Part shown: in pieces, positions 38,431-53,020 of the stretch
Numbering within the stretch: position 1 is the stretch's first letter
Layout: every line of letters begins with the position of its first letter
Origin: Octopus sinensis
Taxonomy: Eukaryota
DNA: 64,000 bases
NCBI RefSeq assembly: GCF_006345805.1
Contig: NC_043006.1
Coordinates: forward strand, 92,380,001 to 92,444,000
Direction: 5' to 3'
Program-made: the position numbers and the translations under genes
The notes under the pieces: model-generated
Told to the model about the DNA's origin: nothing
The model's database searches: none
What the model saw: only the letters and a program-made list of their open reading frames with translations

Positions 38431-41340
38431 ATAACATTTGTTGATGTTTAACAGTATTACTGCTTGCACCAGGACACGGGGAGAAATGGGAGACACTTTA
38501 GTGTTGATATCATTGTTTAAATATGTGCTAGACTTCAAACATAATTCTTACAATGAAAATTACGTTGAGAAAGAGAGGCTCATTTCATGGATAACATTTC
38601 GAAATGTAGCATATATTTCTTAAATGATTTCTTATTGTGTAGAATTATTGTTATTGTTGTTCAAGTAAAACCTTTTTCTTTCAATAACTTTATTTCACTC
38701 TCATCAGGTTAAACTCCATTAATTTGAACACTTCCAAGATCGTCCCATCTTTCTTCATTCGATTTCATTTAATAAGTGATTAGAAAGATTTTGCTATGAT
38801 ATTTGTTTGAAAATGTATTTTTATTGTGTGTGTGAATGATGCTGACTATTTTAGAGTATCACATCTAGATCTGCTATTAGCGATGGATTGGCTATTTTAT
38901 TCCTGAATCTTATAAATATTATCCCGTTATGTTTCTAATACTTCCTTTTTGATCGCTGCTGTTACTGTTAAGCTGAAAATAATTAAGCGTGCTTTATCTA
39001 TATCTATCTGTAAATCGTTATTTCAGTGACGTTGGGAAGTTCTATTTATTTTGCAATGCGAAAGTTAAACAGAGAAATTCACCTTGGATGATTGCATTGG
39101 GTACAGTTCTGCTCACCTTTCAAACCATTTATTTCGAACAAGGATTTCCTATCTGTTAACAGACATTTAACAACTATTCGAAAATTTATTTTCCTCACTA
39201 ACAACATATTAGATACATAAGTAAATCCAAATGTAAGCATGCTATGTCTTGTTTTATATTTAGCACCTCGTCTTATGCATTTCGACAACCATTTTTATTG
39301 TCAGAAAAGTACGTCTGTTTTTCATTTATGCGATGGTTCTCCTATTTCAATATATTTAGAGATCGATGTGCCCATATATCGTATCTATAGCTTTTGTTAT
39401 GAGCTTCGAAAGACGTTTTGTTGAAATATGGTCAATTAACTCAGACATTTATAATTTTCCGTGAATGTGACCACGCTATGATGGAATTCTTAGTTAAATC
39501 ACGATAAAGTGCTTACTTTTTGTTTTAGAAATATATCTGCGCAGTCTTCGTTACTATAAGCAAACAAATGTTGTAATTATGTAACTGTAGAGAGATTATT
39601 TTTGGATGGTGTTATAATTTTGTCTGTAAAATATGGAAGATAGAAGCTGTTGGGTTGTCTATATTGTTAATGGCTCACCATAAACTGTATATACAAACAT
39701 TTGTTAACTCCTGTAGCAAGAAAATAATTTCTGTTGCGCTTAGACATCAACGCTGTTCAGTCTCTTAATAAATAAATATTAAACAGAATATTTTGTTTTT
39801 GCATCTCAATTAAGTCATAATTCTCTTTTGTTTCTCCGGTTTAATTGCTACCCTTAACACAAAAGATATATTTATTAATATTAAACTCGTCTTTGTGGTT
39901 ATCCTTATTTCATTCTACATTAAATTAAATTTATCTATCATTTTTTTATCATTTAGAAAGCTATATTTCGGATAATTCTTACTAAGGTGAGTTGATATAG
40001 AAACCTTCTTATAACCACTTTGTTATTTTCTCTTAAGTATTCTTCACAAATTCTTCAGTCGTTCTCGAATATTTTCGTATTCTCTCTTTGAATAAAATAA
40101 CTAGAATTTACCCAAATTAATATATTCTAAAACTATATTACTCGTAGTGAACAGCATAACACGGTAGATTCTTTTTTCTTTATCATATGATATTTATACC
40201 TATTTATTGTGTTTAATAATTTTGTTGCGTGTCATCCTTGCAACCCTTCACTTGTTTATCGATATTTCTTCGCAACTTATTTCAACCTTTCAAAATGAGA
40301 CAACTTCCAATTCAAAAATCATTTAAAATATTTTGTCCAATTTTTCAAGAGTAAGAAAAATGTAGTGTAAGCATAACTTGCCAGATATTGTTATTTGAGA
40401 CAAACAAGAAAATGTATGAACCGTCATAGAGATCAGGTGTCCTGCTGATGTGAATATCTCTGAAAATCAAAGAGAACGATGATAACTATGGACAACTGCT
40501 TCCAAACCTCGAGCTTCTATAACAGGATTACAAATAAATATTTATACCAAAAATAATTTGAACACTTAGTTTTATAAGTAAATTCCTTATTGTCAGTCTG
40601 GATACGCTTGGTTTTAATTTAATAAAAAGAAATCAGACAACTTATTCGCACATTATAAATCTAATCTGTAAGCAGAACAGTCAAACTATGGAGGGCTCTT
40701 CTCAGGTTGAAGATGGAGTTTTTTATCTTTATAAAAAACCAAACATATCAGAGTGTCATGTTCGTTGATGCTACCCCTGAAGTCAAACTAGCACATTTTT
40801 AAAATGTAGGTAAATCTACAGACCAAAATAATAAGGAGGCTAGGAGACCCCATAAAATCGCTGATCTATTACAAATACCCATTCGATAGGTCCGCATGTA
40901 CGGAGAGCAATTGCATAGTATGTAAGAAGAACCTATAGGTTAACTTTAAGATTACGAATGTAGTCTACGGCTTCCGACGTATTCAGGGAAGGTGTAGAAA
41001 GAAAACAACTTATATTGAGGAGACAATACGAAGCGTAGAGGAGTGGATAGGCTAAGACCGGGGGGAGCTCGCATACCTTAATTCTCATTAGTGGCTCTCA
41101 CTGCGCCTCACTGTGCCTCACTGCTTGAGCATCAAAGTGTCTAATCATGTTCTTTGTCTTCTGCCTTTAGGTTGTAAAATTGCGAATTAGCCAAACATAT
41201 TGTGTAAATATATATATATATATATGTTACGTGTCAGAAAAGAACGTAATGTAACAATATAAATTGTTTTCAGTTTTACCGTTGGCAGTCTTAATGTATT
41301 TCATATATTTGTATATAATTATTAGAATTGAAATATAATG

Positions 41341-41384
<44 letters not shown>

Positions 41385-42499
41385 TATTGTTGTTGTTGTT
41401 GTTGTTATTTTCCATACTTTTCTCATTAAGATGATCGGAAAATATAGAAGCTGTGAGCTAATTGATATCGATTATATCCGCTGAGATTTTGTAGAAATAA
41501 AAAATAGATTTGCTCATTTTTACTTTTGATTTCAAAAAAGCAGTTACAACACAAAACTAAATTCCTGCAAAATGAATTTTGAACGCAGACAATTGGAATT
41601 TACAACACAAATTATTTTATTCCACATTCTAATGATTCCACCATTTCGCAGCACTTGGCCATACACTGATAACACAGTTATGCTTTACAAATGAGTGATA
41701 AATGCGTCCCCCGCACATTGATAAGATAAGGGAAAATATAGGTTTGTAGGAATTGCTGCATTTATAAGTAAATATATTTGTCTGCTTTTAGCGTATTTGC
41801 AGTCACTATTGCACAGCTACCAGTATTATTCGGAATATTTTAGTTTAGATTATATCAGACTGTCAGCATGAATTTTAAGGTAAGAGTTGTATGAAATCAT
41901 TTTGGTTTCTCTTCATTAATATATTCAATGAAATACATTTTCATGTATAAAAGTATTCATTATTCTCGTTTAAAACATTCCCTACATAACTGAATATTTT
42001 TAATGCCACGAATTTCCATACTATGGTGAGGTTTCTTGCATGAGTTTAAGTAATATTACGTTCCACAAAACCATATCATACATTATACTACTTCACAAAG
42101 ACTTTTCTTTGATTATTTGCGAATTTCTTCAGGTTCTGTTCCTAAATGTGTTGCGCTGATCCCGATATCATATTAGTTGCTTCTGTTTTGGAAATTACAG
42201 TGGTACCATTGCAATTCCTATGTAATTTTCATTTGTAGTTTTTCATATTTTGTAAATCTAAAATCATGTCCTGTTTTAAAATGCTAGTAGTTGGAATACT
42301 AAATCTTTAGAATATGACAAATAGAGAATATAGAAACCGCCCCAAATTTCTATAAATATTTGTGGATATTATGTGAGGAACGAACATCAAATTGTGAACG
42401 GTGCCAGACAATGGATAACATACGGATTGTATTCTGGAATGATTATTTGCGAAAATGACAAGCCTAGAACACTTCATGTAGTATACGGAAGCTGTTGAT

Positions 42500-42539
<40 letters not shown>

Positions 42540-42572
42540 TGTGTGTGTATATGTGCGTGTGTGTGTGTGTGA

Positions 42573-42606
<34 letters not shown>

Positions 42607-43189
42607 TGTCTGTGTATGTTTGTGACCTAGATTTCAGAATTATTGTGTACTAGAAAAGGTATGTAAAGATCTAAATTGTAGTTCATTTTAATATCATTGC
42701 TGGTCTGTCTTGACAAATGCGAAACGTTAGTTTCTGTTGTTGTTCTGTAGTGTAAGATTCACTCCTCGACAGCATCCAATATTCATCCACATTATTCGCT
42801 CCAAACAGAAGGAAACTAAAACTATTAAAGAGCTTCTGCCCCAAAATTAAGAGAGACGTAGAGAAAGATTTATAGCGGGATGAATAGAAAGATTTGAATA
42901 CGTTTGTTTTATGCCTGACTTGGAGAGTGGATATGCCTAATATATGTTTCCTATCGTTGCCAGATATTAGGTTGGTTGCTAATCTTTATCGGTAAGTTCA
43001 GTGGTCTTAATTGAAGTAATTGCTTGTAACCAGGAAAAATTAGCATTGTTATGTAGTTTCATCTAAAGCCGAAAAATTTAGATTGATACCACATGTTTTA
43101 AAGGTCTTGATCTCAAAGTAAAACTTCATAGGGTGGGGGCCTGGAGTTTCCGAATCTCTCAGATGTCCAATGTAGACTTAACATATTGA

Positions 43190-43350
43190 GTGGATCTCGA
43201 GAAAATGCAAAGTTGAAGTCATAAGATTTGTAAGATGTGCAGATACGAAATAGGAGCATCGTGCGCATTTCTCACAAAGAGTCATAGATTTAAAAGAATT
43301 ATCAAAGGGTATAACTACAAGGAATTAACGAAAAGACTGATTGAAAGTTA
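43190..43350 (+). mobile_element. Possible ancient CR1-type LINE 3' remnant
   Basis: SRENAKLK...RCADTK*EHRAHFSQRVIDL resembles the CR1 ORF2 end motif RGH..KL...R..FFSQRVI..WN. Confidence 0.4.
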
Positions 43351-44529
43351 TAAAAATATGAGCTGATACATGATTGGAAAACGGGTGCATTTTGGATTCA
43401 AGTAAGATCGAGATGAAATATTTCAGAAAACTTTGACGCTGTTGGAGAAATACTAACAAGACCGCTTGATTGCTATTGTGATGATAGACAATAAACATAT
43501 TCCGGTAAGAAAATATGAATAAATTTTCAAAAGTAAACTTTATAACACTCTTTAATTTCTAAACAGTTCTAATACATTACAAGATAATTTATTGCTTAAA
43601 TACATTTTTGAACAGTTTTGAGCTAAACAAACAAAACGATTTCATCAATTATTTCCTTTGTTAAATACATATTTTTTTTCTTGAAAATTTTGATCGAAAT
43701 AAACAAAATTCTATGATTTATTGTATTTATTGGATACATTTATTTAAAATACATTGAAAAAAATCATCAGCGCCAAGTTGAAGATTTTGTCGGTGAACAT
43801 GGCAATAAAAATTAAGATAACACACAGCCTTAGGTGAAGATTGCGAAATAGGAAGTTTAAAATAAAACTAAAAGTCTTTTTCTCAAAATACCGATGGCAA
43901 GCAAATGGGATAAAAAATAACATTCTGAGTTCGGCATCAACAATTACGAAGAAGCTGAGTAAAAGCAAGACAAGTGTTTCAGAGAAAAACTTGCGATATT
44001 CAGAGCAAAGCAGAGATTTGAGGCAACCATTAACCTAGTGACGTTTGCAGTTAGGAAACCATCGTATTGTGATATTTGTATACAGAATAGAAAGGAAAGT
44101 GTTTTGCATAGCCTTTTTTCTGAATAGAATTTCTTTTAAAATGGCAACATGTGAAATGTTTTGTAAAATAAAATAGAATAAAAAAACTCAACTTTCAGTA
44201 AAGTCCTGTGAGTAGATATCCACTATCCAATATCAAGAATAAATAGGAAAACAATGAAAATGTGTGTTCCATATAAATATGTGATAAATATAAAGGTATC
44301 TTCCACAGACTACTAATGCATGTAATGCTAGTTGACATGGTAAACATTTTATTGATTGATTCATAATAAAATAAAGAAATATTACACTTGCCAATGCTTT
44401 CAAACTGCGCAAAGATCTTGCTTTTCATAACAATCATGATATATTCTATTTTTATGGCACAACAAAACAACATTCACCACTTAATCTTTAAGATGCATTG
44501 CATGTACTATTGTACTGCTTAGTTGGTTT

Positions 44530-44646
44530 TATAATTTATAGATATATATATATAATATATATATATATATTATATATATATATTATATATATATATTATA
44601 TATATATGTACTATATATATATATTACATATATATATATATGTACT

Positions 44647-44678
<32 letters not shown>

Positions 44679-44798
44679 TATATTATATATATATATATAT
44701 TATACATATTATATTATATATATATATATGTTATATATATCTTATATTATATATATATATATTATATATTATATATATATTATATATTATATATATAT

Positions 44799-44880
<82 letters not shown>
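44530..44880. repeat. Long imperfect (TA)n microsatellite
   Basis: Visible directly. Confidence 0.97.
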
Positions 44881-44881
<1 letters not shown>

Positions 44882-44883
<2 letters not shown>

Positions 44884-45020
44884 TTATTTTATAGAAGGAG
44901 CTTCTACAGAACTAGAACTGTTTCATTCAAAAGAAATCATCAGGAAATCATCATCTTCCTGATGATTTCTTTCGAATGAAACAGTTCTAGTCCTGTAGAA
45001 GCTCCTTCTATAAAATAAAT
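44882..45020. repeat. 139-bp hairpin (65-bp arms, 2 mismatches, 9-nt loop)
   Basis: 44882-44946 is the reverse complement of 44956-45020; loop atcatcatc. Confidence 0.97.
44955..45001 (+). ncRNA. Type I hammerhead motif inside the hairpin
   Basis: CTTC-CTGATGA-TTTC-TTTC-GAAT-GAAAC-AG-TTCTAGTC-CT-GTA-GAAG: helix I CTTC/GAAG, helix III ACAG/CTGT, GUA site, helix II 3 bp plus a U-U pair. Confidence 0.7.
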
Positions 45021-45085
45021 TAATTTACTCTGCTATGTATTGAGTACCTTATTTACTGTCGTTAACCCCGACTCAACCCGGGACC

Positions 45086-45166
<81 letters not shown>

Positions 45167-45995
45167 CATGTATATATCAGATTGATATTTAGCAAAAATT
45201 ATAGAAATAGTCATATTGAATGAAAACTATTTCAACATCCACTTTAGATCAAAGGGATTTACAGAGATGATTTTAATTGACTTTCAACAACTATCATTAC
45301 GAATGAAGTCGTTGCATGAAGTATTAGTCCGCTGCTGTCAATGGTGCCATTGAGTTATCTGTTTCAATTAAAGATCAGAGATGCGGAATTGGCGTATTCC
45401 CAACAGTTAGAATTTACTATTACATCTTTCAGAAGATATTGCCACGAAACCTGGCCACCATCATAATGGCTGGGTTAATTCATTATGTGCGTGTATATTT
45501 GTGTATGCATATTCATACACATGTGTGTATCGATGTTAATGTAAATGTATAACACACATATAAATGTATATATATATATACATGTATATATCAGATGGAT
45601 ATTTAGCAAAAATTATAGAAATAGTTCATATTGAATGAAAACTATTTCAACATCCACTTTAGATCAAAGGGATTTACAGAGATGATTTTAATTGACTTTC
45701 AACAACTATCATTACGAATGAAGTCGTTGCATGAAGTATTAGTCCGCTGCTGTCAATGGTGCCATTGAGTTATCTGTTTCAATTAAAGATCAGAGATGCG
45801 GAATTGGCGTATTCCCAAACAGTTAGAATTTACTATTACATCTTTCAGAAGATATTGCCACGAAACCTGGCCACCATCATAATGGCTGGGTTAATTCATT
45901 ATGTGCGTGTATATTTGTGTATGCATATTCATACACATGTGTGTGTATCGATGTTAATGTAAATGTATACACACATATAAATGTATATATATATA
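45167..45995. repeat. Tandem duplication, ~414-bp period, two copies
   Basis: catgtatatatcagat...taaatgtatata occurs at 45167 and 45581; copies differ by one substitution and small indels. Confidence 0.95.
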
Positions 45996-46997
45996 TACCT
46001 GTGTGTGTGTATGTATGTGTATATATGTATATGAATATGCATATATACATATGTATACGTATATATATATGAATGTTTGTATATATTTGTCTCTCTCTCT
46101 CTCTCTCTATACACATACACACAAACACACGCACACACACATATATTTATATATTGCATGAATGTCGATAGATATATATGGCCGAGATGACAAAAGCATT
46201 TGTATATTAATTTCTATAGTATATAAATAAATTACTCTCCGCGTGTATGTCTGTTTATAAATATGCATATATATGCATATATATGCGTTTACGTATATAA
46301 TAGATATGCATACGTATATGAACTTATGCAAATATATAAGCCCGTATCACTGCATATGCTTGTGTGTTTCCGTCTTTGCGTGCTTAAGTTATCTATCACA
46401 CGTATTTCCGTTTAATTCCATTCTTTGCCAACTTTAGTTTTCACCATTCAATGATTCTGAAATATTTCTTTTATACAGCTTCCATTTCACCTTAACTCGC
46501 ATATAAGAATTATAACACCCCCCCCCACTTCATACTGATATTCCTTTCACGAATAGTTAACTTCTACGTGGTATATTTTCCTACTTAAATATTTGATATA
46601 CCTGTTACTAAATGACTTTCAGTAAATCCTTTATATCACAACACACAGCAGTTATTAGTAACTCCACGATTTCACTATATCGAAGTTTAGTGTTTTGGTA
46701 GATAATAGTTTTTTAATATTTATTGTCACATAATCATATAATCGAATATTTAAAACCAATTCCACTTGGAATATTCAAGGATTTTCCTTTTAATTCCGTA
46801 AAGGCTGACGTCATTCAGCTCCGTTCACGCTGGATCACCACCTTCCGTGGCTTTTAGTTCATAATGGCAAGCCCCAATACTCATCTCAAATTGGACATGT
46901 TTTATTGCTTTCTATTTTCGAGACGTAAAGGGACACAATGTATATTACGACATCCGCTAAAATTCAAACATTCTATGTTAACTAAAAATATTTGCGC

Positions 46998-47038
<41 letters not shown>

Positions 47039-47141
47039 CGCGTAAATTTATATGCAAATATTTTTATACATATACTTTTATATGTCTACATCTACGTGTA
47101 TGCGTATATACGTATGTATATGAATCTGCCCGTCTGTCTCT

Positions 47142-47170
<29 letters not shown>

Positions 47171-47178
<8 letters not shown>

Positions 47179-48765
47179 AAAAAGGTTTGAAAATGCAATT
47201 TAAACGATGTTTATTTACTTAACCGGTTTCACTCTTTGGTAAAAGATTGTCAAAAGTAACATTTAAGGAAACATTGAATAATATGGGTTCAAAAAAAGTT
47301 TTTTACATAATTGTCACATTGAATATTATGCATTCAAAAAAGTTTTTTACATAATTGTCACATTGGATATTATGAATTCAAAAATGTTTTTTTATACATA
47401 ATTGTCACATTACATGTATAAATATAGTGTTTGGTAACAGAGAAGTTCAATAGTGTGATGAGAATATTTGGGAAAATTTGGCAGAAAAGGATAACAAATA
47501 TATTATTGGGAATTGGTTGCGTTAATTATTGGTTGTCGCAAATTGTCACATTACATGTATATATATACAGTCTTTGGTATATATATACAGCCTTTGACAG
47601 CAAAAATTAAAATGGATTTTTTATACATCTCAGAATATTTTAAGTTCAAGGCGAGAATATGTTTTTACTGACCTGTCGGTATTAGCAGAAAGGCTGAACT
47701 GAGAGAAAAAAGAAGTAGCCAATGTGGTGTATACTTCCCCTTTATGCATGCATGAATGATTTTGGGGTTATCAGGAGGTTAGTATGCGGGTGTGAATAGA
47801 TGTGTCCGTGCCTGCTGGTCAGATAGCGTCTGTTTGTCACCACATATATACACACACACACAACAACACACACAACAACACACACACACACACACATAGT
47901 ATACAAACACACACCACATACAAACAAAAACACACACACACACAGAACACACACACCACACACAACGCACCACACATATATCACATATACACACAGCACA
48001 CAAATATAACATGTATCTATATATAATATACACAGATATATAACACACATACACACACAAACAACACACGCACACACACACACACAACACACGCACACAT
48101 ACATACATAATATAAATATCACACAAATACACCTAGCATATATATACACATACAATACACACATACAGCATGTAAATAATACACATACACAATATATGCA
48201 TGCAATATACATACGCAATACATACATATAATATATATATATATAGACAATGCATATACATATATACATATATACATATAAATAGTGTTTACATACACAT
48301 ACATAGATGTACCACATATATACAGAACACACATACATACAATGCATACACATACACGTACGCACACATATAATATATATATACACACACACACACATAA
48401 CATACATACACAATGTATACATATATATACGCGCAATGCATATACATGTTTATACACACATAAACATGCAAATAAATATACACACACACACATACACACA
48501 CACATATATATATATACATATATATACATATATATACACACATACACACATACATACATGCACATACATATATTTTTTCACACACATACACACACACATA
48601 TATATATAAAAAATTCACACACACACACAACCCCACACACACAAATTACAAACCTATAGCGTACACACTCAAATATATCGCTACATACCGCACACACACA
48701 CAAACAAAGTACTAACATATACACACATACCATGCATATACACACACAACACACCACACACCACA

Positions 48766-48809
<44 letters not shown>

Positions 48810-51800
48810 AAATACACATGTAAATACATACACACGTACACAATGCTCACACACACACACACACACACATACCCGCACACAGTGCACACACACACACACA
48901 TATATACACACGTGCACACACACACACACATATATACACACGTGCACACACACACACACAACGCGCGCGCACACACACACATATACACACACACGCACAC
49001 AGTGCACACACACACACACATATATATATACACCCGCGCACACACACACAACGTGCACACACACACACACACACAACACTCACACACATACATCACCTAC
49101 ATATATCTAATGCATGCGTGTGCATGCCACGTATGTGTGCGGTCAATGCCCGCTGGTGTGTCCTATGCGTGCCGATGCGCGCATGTGCCCGCCCGCACAA
49201 TATGCTGTGAGCGTGCGCGCGTCCCTCTGTGCTTGCTCTGGATGTGTTTCCAGGGGGTATGTTAGAGTATGTTTAGTTGTGGTCTGTATTTTTGAATAAT
49301 ATTACTTTCCTTATTTATTCGTGTTTGGTCTGTGGTGTTGTCCGAGCATTGGTATAGTGGGAAGACTAAGAATTTGGGGTACTTATTGTGTGCACAAAGG
49401 TCTAAGTGTCCACTTAGTGGTATCTGTCTTGTGGAGGGGTCCCTCAGTTGTTGTCGGTGAACTGTCATTCTTTCTCTGAGGGTAAGGCTCGTTTGCCCTA
49501 TGTAGTCTTCGTGGCATCCTTCACACCTTATGACGTAGAGTAAATTTTTTGATGGGCACGTGAAATTATTTTTTATGATGAATGTGTGTCCCGAGTGGAA
49601 CTTGTACGTCGATCCCTCAATGAGGTGGATGCAGGTCTTGCAGTTGGGGCGACCACATTTTTTGATGGTGGGCGGTGGTTTTGTGTTGTGTAATTTTGCG
49701 TTGGTGAGGAGGTTTTTTAGGGATTTAGGTTGTCTCTTACTTTTTATTATTTTATGAGCTGCCAGTATTTTTTTCAGGCGTGGGTCTTGATTTAGTTGTG
49801 GAATGTTGTTGTATATAATAGTGTAAGCTTCTGCATTCCTTGGGTTGTGTGTTGAGAGATAGGGGAGGCTATTTACTGTACTGTGGATGTGTTTGGGTTT
49901 TCGAAGGTCTTGAATGTTGATTGATTTGGCCCGTTCTATTCCGTTGTCTACTAGTGATGCCGGGTAATGTCTTTCGAGAAGAATTGCCCTTAGTTCCCGG
50001 AGTCTTCTATTTCGTGTTGTGTCATTTGAGACAATAGTGCAGATTCTTCTCGCTAGGTTGTGGGGATATTTGTCTTTGTGTGTTTTGGGTGATTGGAGGT
50101 GAATAGAAGGTATTGTTTAGAGTCAGTGGGTTTGTAATGGATGTCAGTTTCAATGTTGACGACTTTTTTAATGATTAGGATGTCAAGAAAAGGGAGTTGG
50201 CCCTGACTATATCCCATTGTGAATTGAATGTTGTTATTTACACTGTTGATAAGGTTTTTGAAGTCTATAAGTTGGTCGAGTGTGTGGGACCATATGATGA
50301 GGCAATCATCTAAGTAGCGTTTCCAGTTCTCCAACAGGTATTTGTGGAAAGACTGGCCGTATTTATATTTGGATTTTTCATAGATATGTGATTCCAGGTA
50401 GGCCATCACCAGGTTTGCATAGGTAGGTGCAACTTTCGTACCCATTGCAGTTCCTGAGACCTGTCTGTAAGTGTTGTTGTGGAAATACATGAAGTTGTTT
50501 TGCAGAATAAATTTGAGGCCCTCAATTATGAATTCTTTTTAAATTCTTTCCGGGATCTCATTGGGATATTTATCCAGCCAGAATTTAATGGCTTCCAGTC
50601 CATATTCATGTGGGATTGTGGTGTAAAGATTAATAACATCAAAAGAAACGATTAAGGTGTCTTTATCGGCATGTTTGGGGAATGGTTTAATAGGTCCAGG
50701 TCATCTCTTACAATACTTGGAATGTGTTTCAGTATTGGCTTTAAGATGATATCTATAAGTTGCTAAGTCTGTGTGTTTCACAACTTGGGCCTGCCACTAT
50801 TGGTCTCAGTTTGAGATCAGTGGGATGTGGTATAGTGATGCAGGTTGAAGTGGACTTTTTGCAAGCTTCTGTGATAATTTGACTCTTGTGTATTTTTGGA
50901 AGCCCATAGAGTGTGCTGGTTTTACAATTAAATTTAGTAATGTAGTTGCATTCCTTTGCTGTCAAGTCATTCTGGTGCCTTCAGATTGGTCATTGTTTTG
51001 GATTGCTGGTAGTCGACTACTCTTTCATAGTATGTGGTATTCTCTAAAAGGAGAGATACAGAGTTTTTATATTGCTCAGTATTCATAACAACGATCGTAC
51101 TACCCTTATCAGCTTCCCTTATTGTGACGTCATGATTGTGTCGTAGCGTATGGATGATTTCCCATTCTCTTTTACTGGTGTTGGGTTTGAGTTTAGGTTG
51201 TGGGAGTTCACCATAAGGGAAGTTGGAGATGTAATCGCAAAATTTGTCTAAGGTTTTGTTTTTGCCTTTTATGGGATTATAGTTGCTTTTGTTACAGATC
51301 ATTGATTCGTCGTTATTATTAGTTTTCCTGTCAAAAAATTCCTCTGTGAGGCGTAATTTTCTGCAAAAGTGCGAGATGTCATCCTGTATTTCCCTCAGGT
51401 TAGGGTATTGCGGAGTTGGAGTTGGGATGAATTTTAGTCCTCTTGAAAGGATTTTTATTTGTGGTGTCGACAGGTTTAGGTTAGAAAGATTCACTATTTT
51501 TGGTTTTTCGGAGTTAGTATCTACCATCTGGTGTCGTGGAAACTGATGCCCTTGCCTAAAAAAGGAATCCTGGGGGTTCTTCTATTTGCGGTATTTTGCT
51601 GTATGTGATTCTGTCCCCCGTTGACATGTCTGTTGAAGAGGTTTTGGTTGTTGTGATTCTGTCCCCCGTTGCTATGTTGTCTGTTGAGGAGGTTTTGGTT
51701 GTTGGTGTGGCCTCCTGGAAGAGTTTTGGTTATTCCAGGGTTTGGGTTGTTTGTCCTGGGTGTAATGTTGGTTCCTTAGAGTGGGTTGGAAACTATATTC

Positions 51801-52736
51801 ATGGTTTAGAAATGAATTCCTATATGTTGGGGGAAAACTCTGAGTTAGGAGCGATTTGGGTTGGAATCTACAATCATAGTTCAGAGATGGGTTTCTAAGT
51901 GATGGGTAGGATCTCCGAATCTGGAACGGTTCTTGTGTGGGTTGGGGTCTACGTTGTCTGGTAAAGTTTTTTCGTGTGATGATGGGTGTCTCGGTTCTTT
52001 TGATGGGATTGTAGTGCTGTCTGTAAGTTCTGTTGTTGTTGTTGTCGATGTTAGGGGTGGTGTGTGTTCGGTGTTTTGTGGTTGGTTTTCTTTGTTTTTG
52101 GCGAGGGGTGTGAGTTGAAGTAGATATTTTAAAATATGGGTTGCTTGAAAGGTGTTCCTTTGTGAACTCTGTTTCATAATTGGTGAACCAGCTGTTTTTT
52201 TCCATTCGCTGGAGGGATGTTATTTCTTCATCCTCGCAGTTTTTCTCCAGAGTTTGGTGGTTTCATCAAGGAGTGCTCCTTCACAGTGTTTTGAGATTTC
52301 AATCTGCATTTCATTGTCAAGGGTCTTGGATTTTTCTTCACTGGCGTTGGCTCTGAGCCGCAAGAGTTCTACTTCCGTTTTGAATTTTTCAAAAGCTAGT
52401 TTCAAAAGCTAGTTGTGTATATATGTTATGTGTGTGTGTGTGTATATATATATTATATGTGTGCGTACGTGTATGTGTATGCATTGTATGTATGTGTGTT
52501 GTGTATATATGTGGTACATCTATGTATGTGTATGTAAACACTATTTATATGTATATATGTATATATATATATGCATTGTCTATATATATATATATTATAT
52601 GTATGTATTGCGTATGTATATTGCATGCATATATTGTGTATGTGTATTATTTACATGCTGTATGTGTGTATTGTATGTGTATATATATGCTAGGTGTATT
52701 TGTGTGATATTTATATTATGTATGTGTGTGCGTGTG

Positions 52737-52771
<35 letters not shown>

Positions 52772-52988
52772 GTTTGTGTGTGTATGTGTGTTATATATCT
52801 GTGTATATTATATATAGATACATGTTATATTTGTGTGCTGTGTGTATATGTGATATATGTGGGTGCGTTGTGTGTGGGTGTGTGTGTTCTGTGTGTGTGT
52901 GTGTGTGTTGTTTGTATGTGGTGTGTGTGTGTGTGTGTTGTTTGTATGTGGTGTGTGTTTGTATACTATGTGTGTGTGTGTGTGTTGT

Positions 52989-53020
<32 letters not shown>

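Noticed and set aside
39200-40150. Possible ancient PLE RT remnant on the minus strand
   Set aside because: Too degenerate to support by eye; needs a tBLASTn or HMM search.
46800-46900. Minus-strand YELKATEGGDPA resembling a cadherin motif
   Set aside because: Followed by a stop, with no DRE or DxNDN motifs; likely chance.
47290-47420. ~44-bp unit repeated three times
   Set aside because: A minisatellite without unique spacers in eukaryotic DNA; not a CRISPR array.
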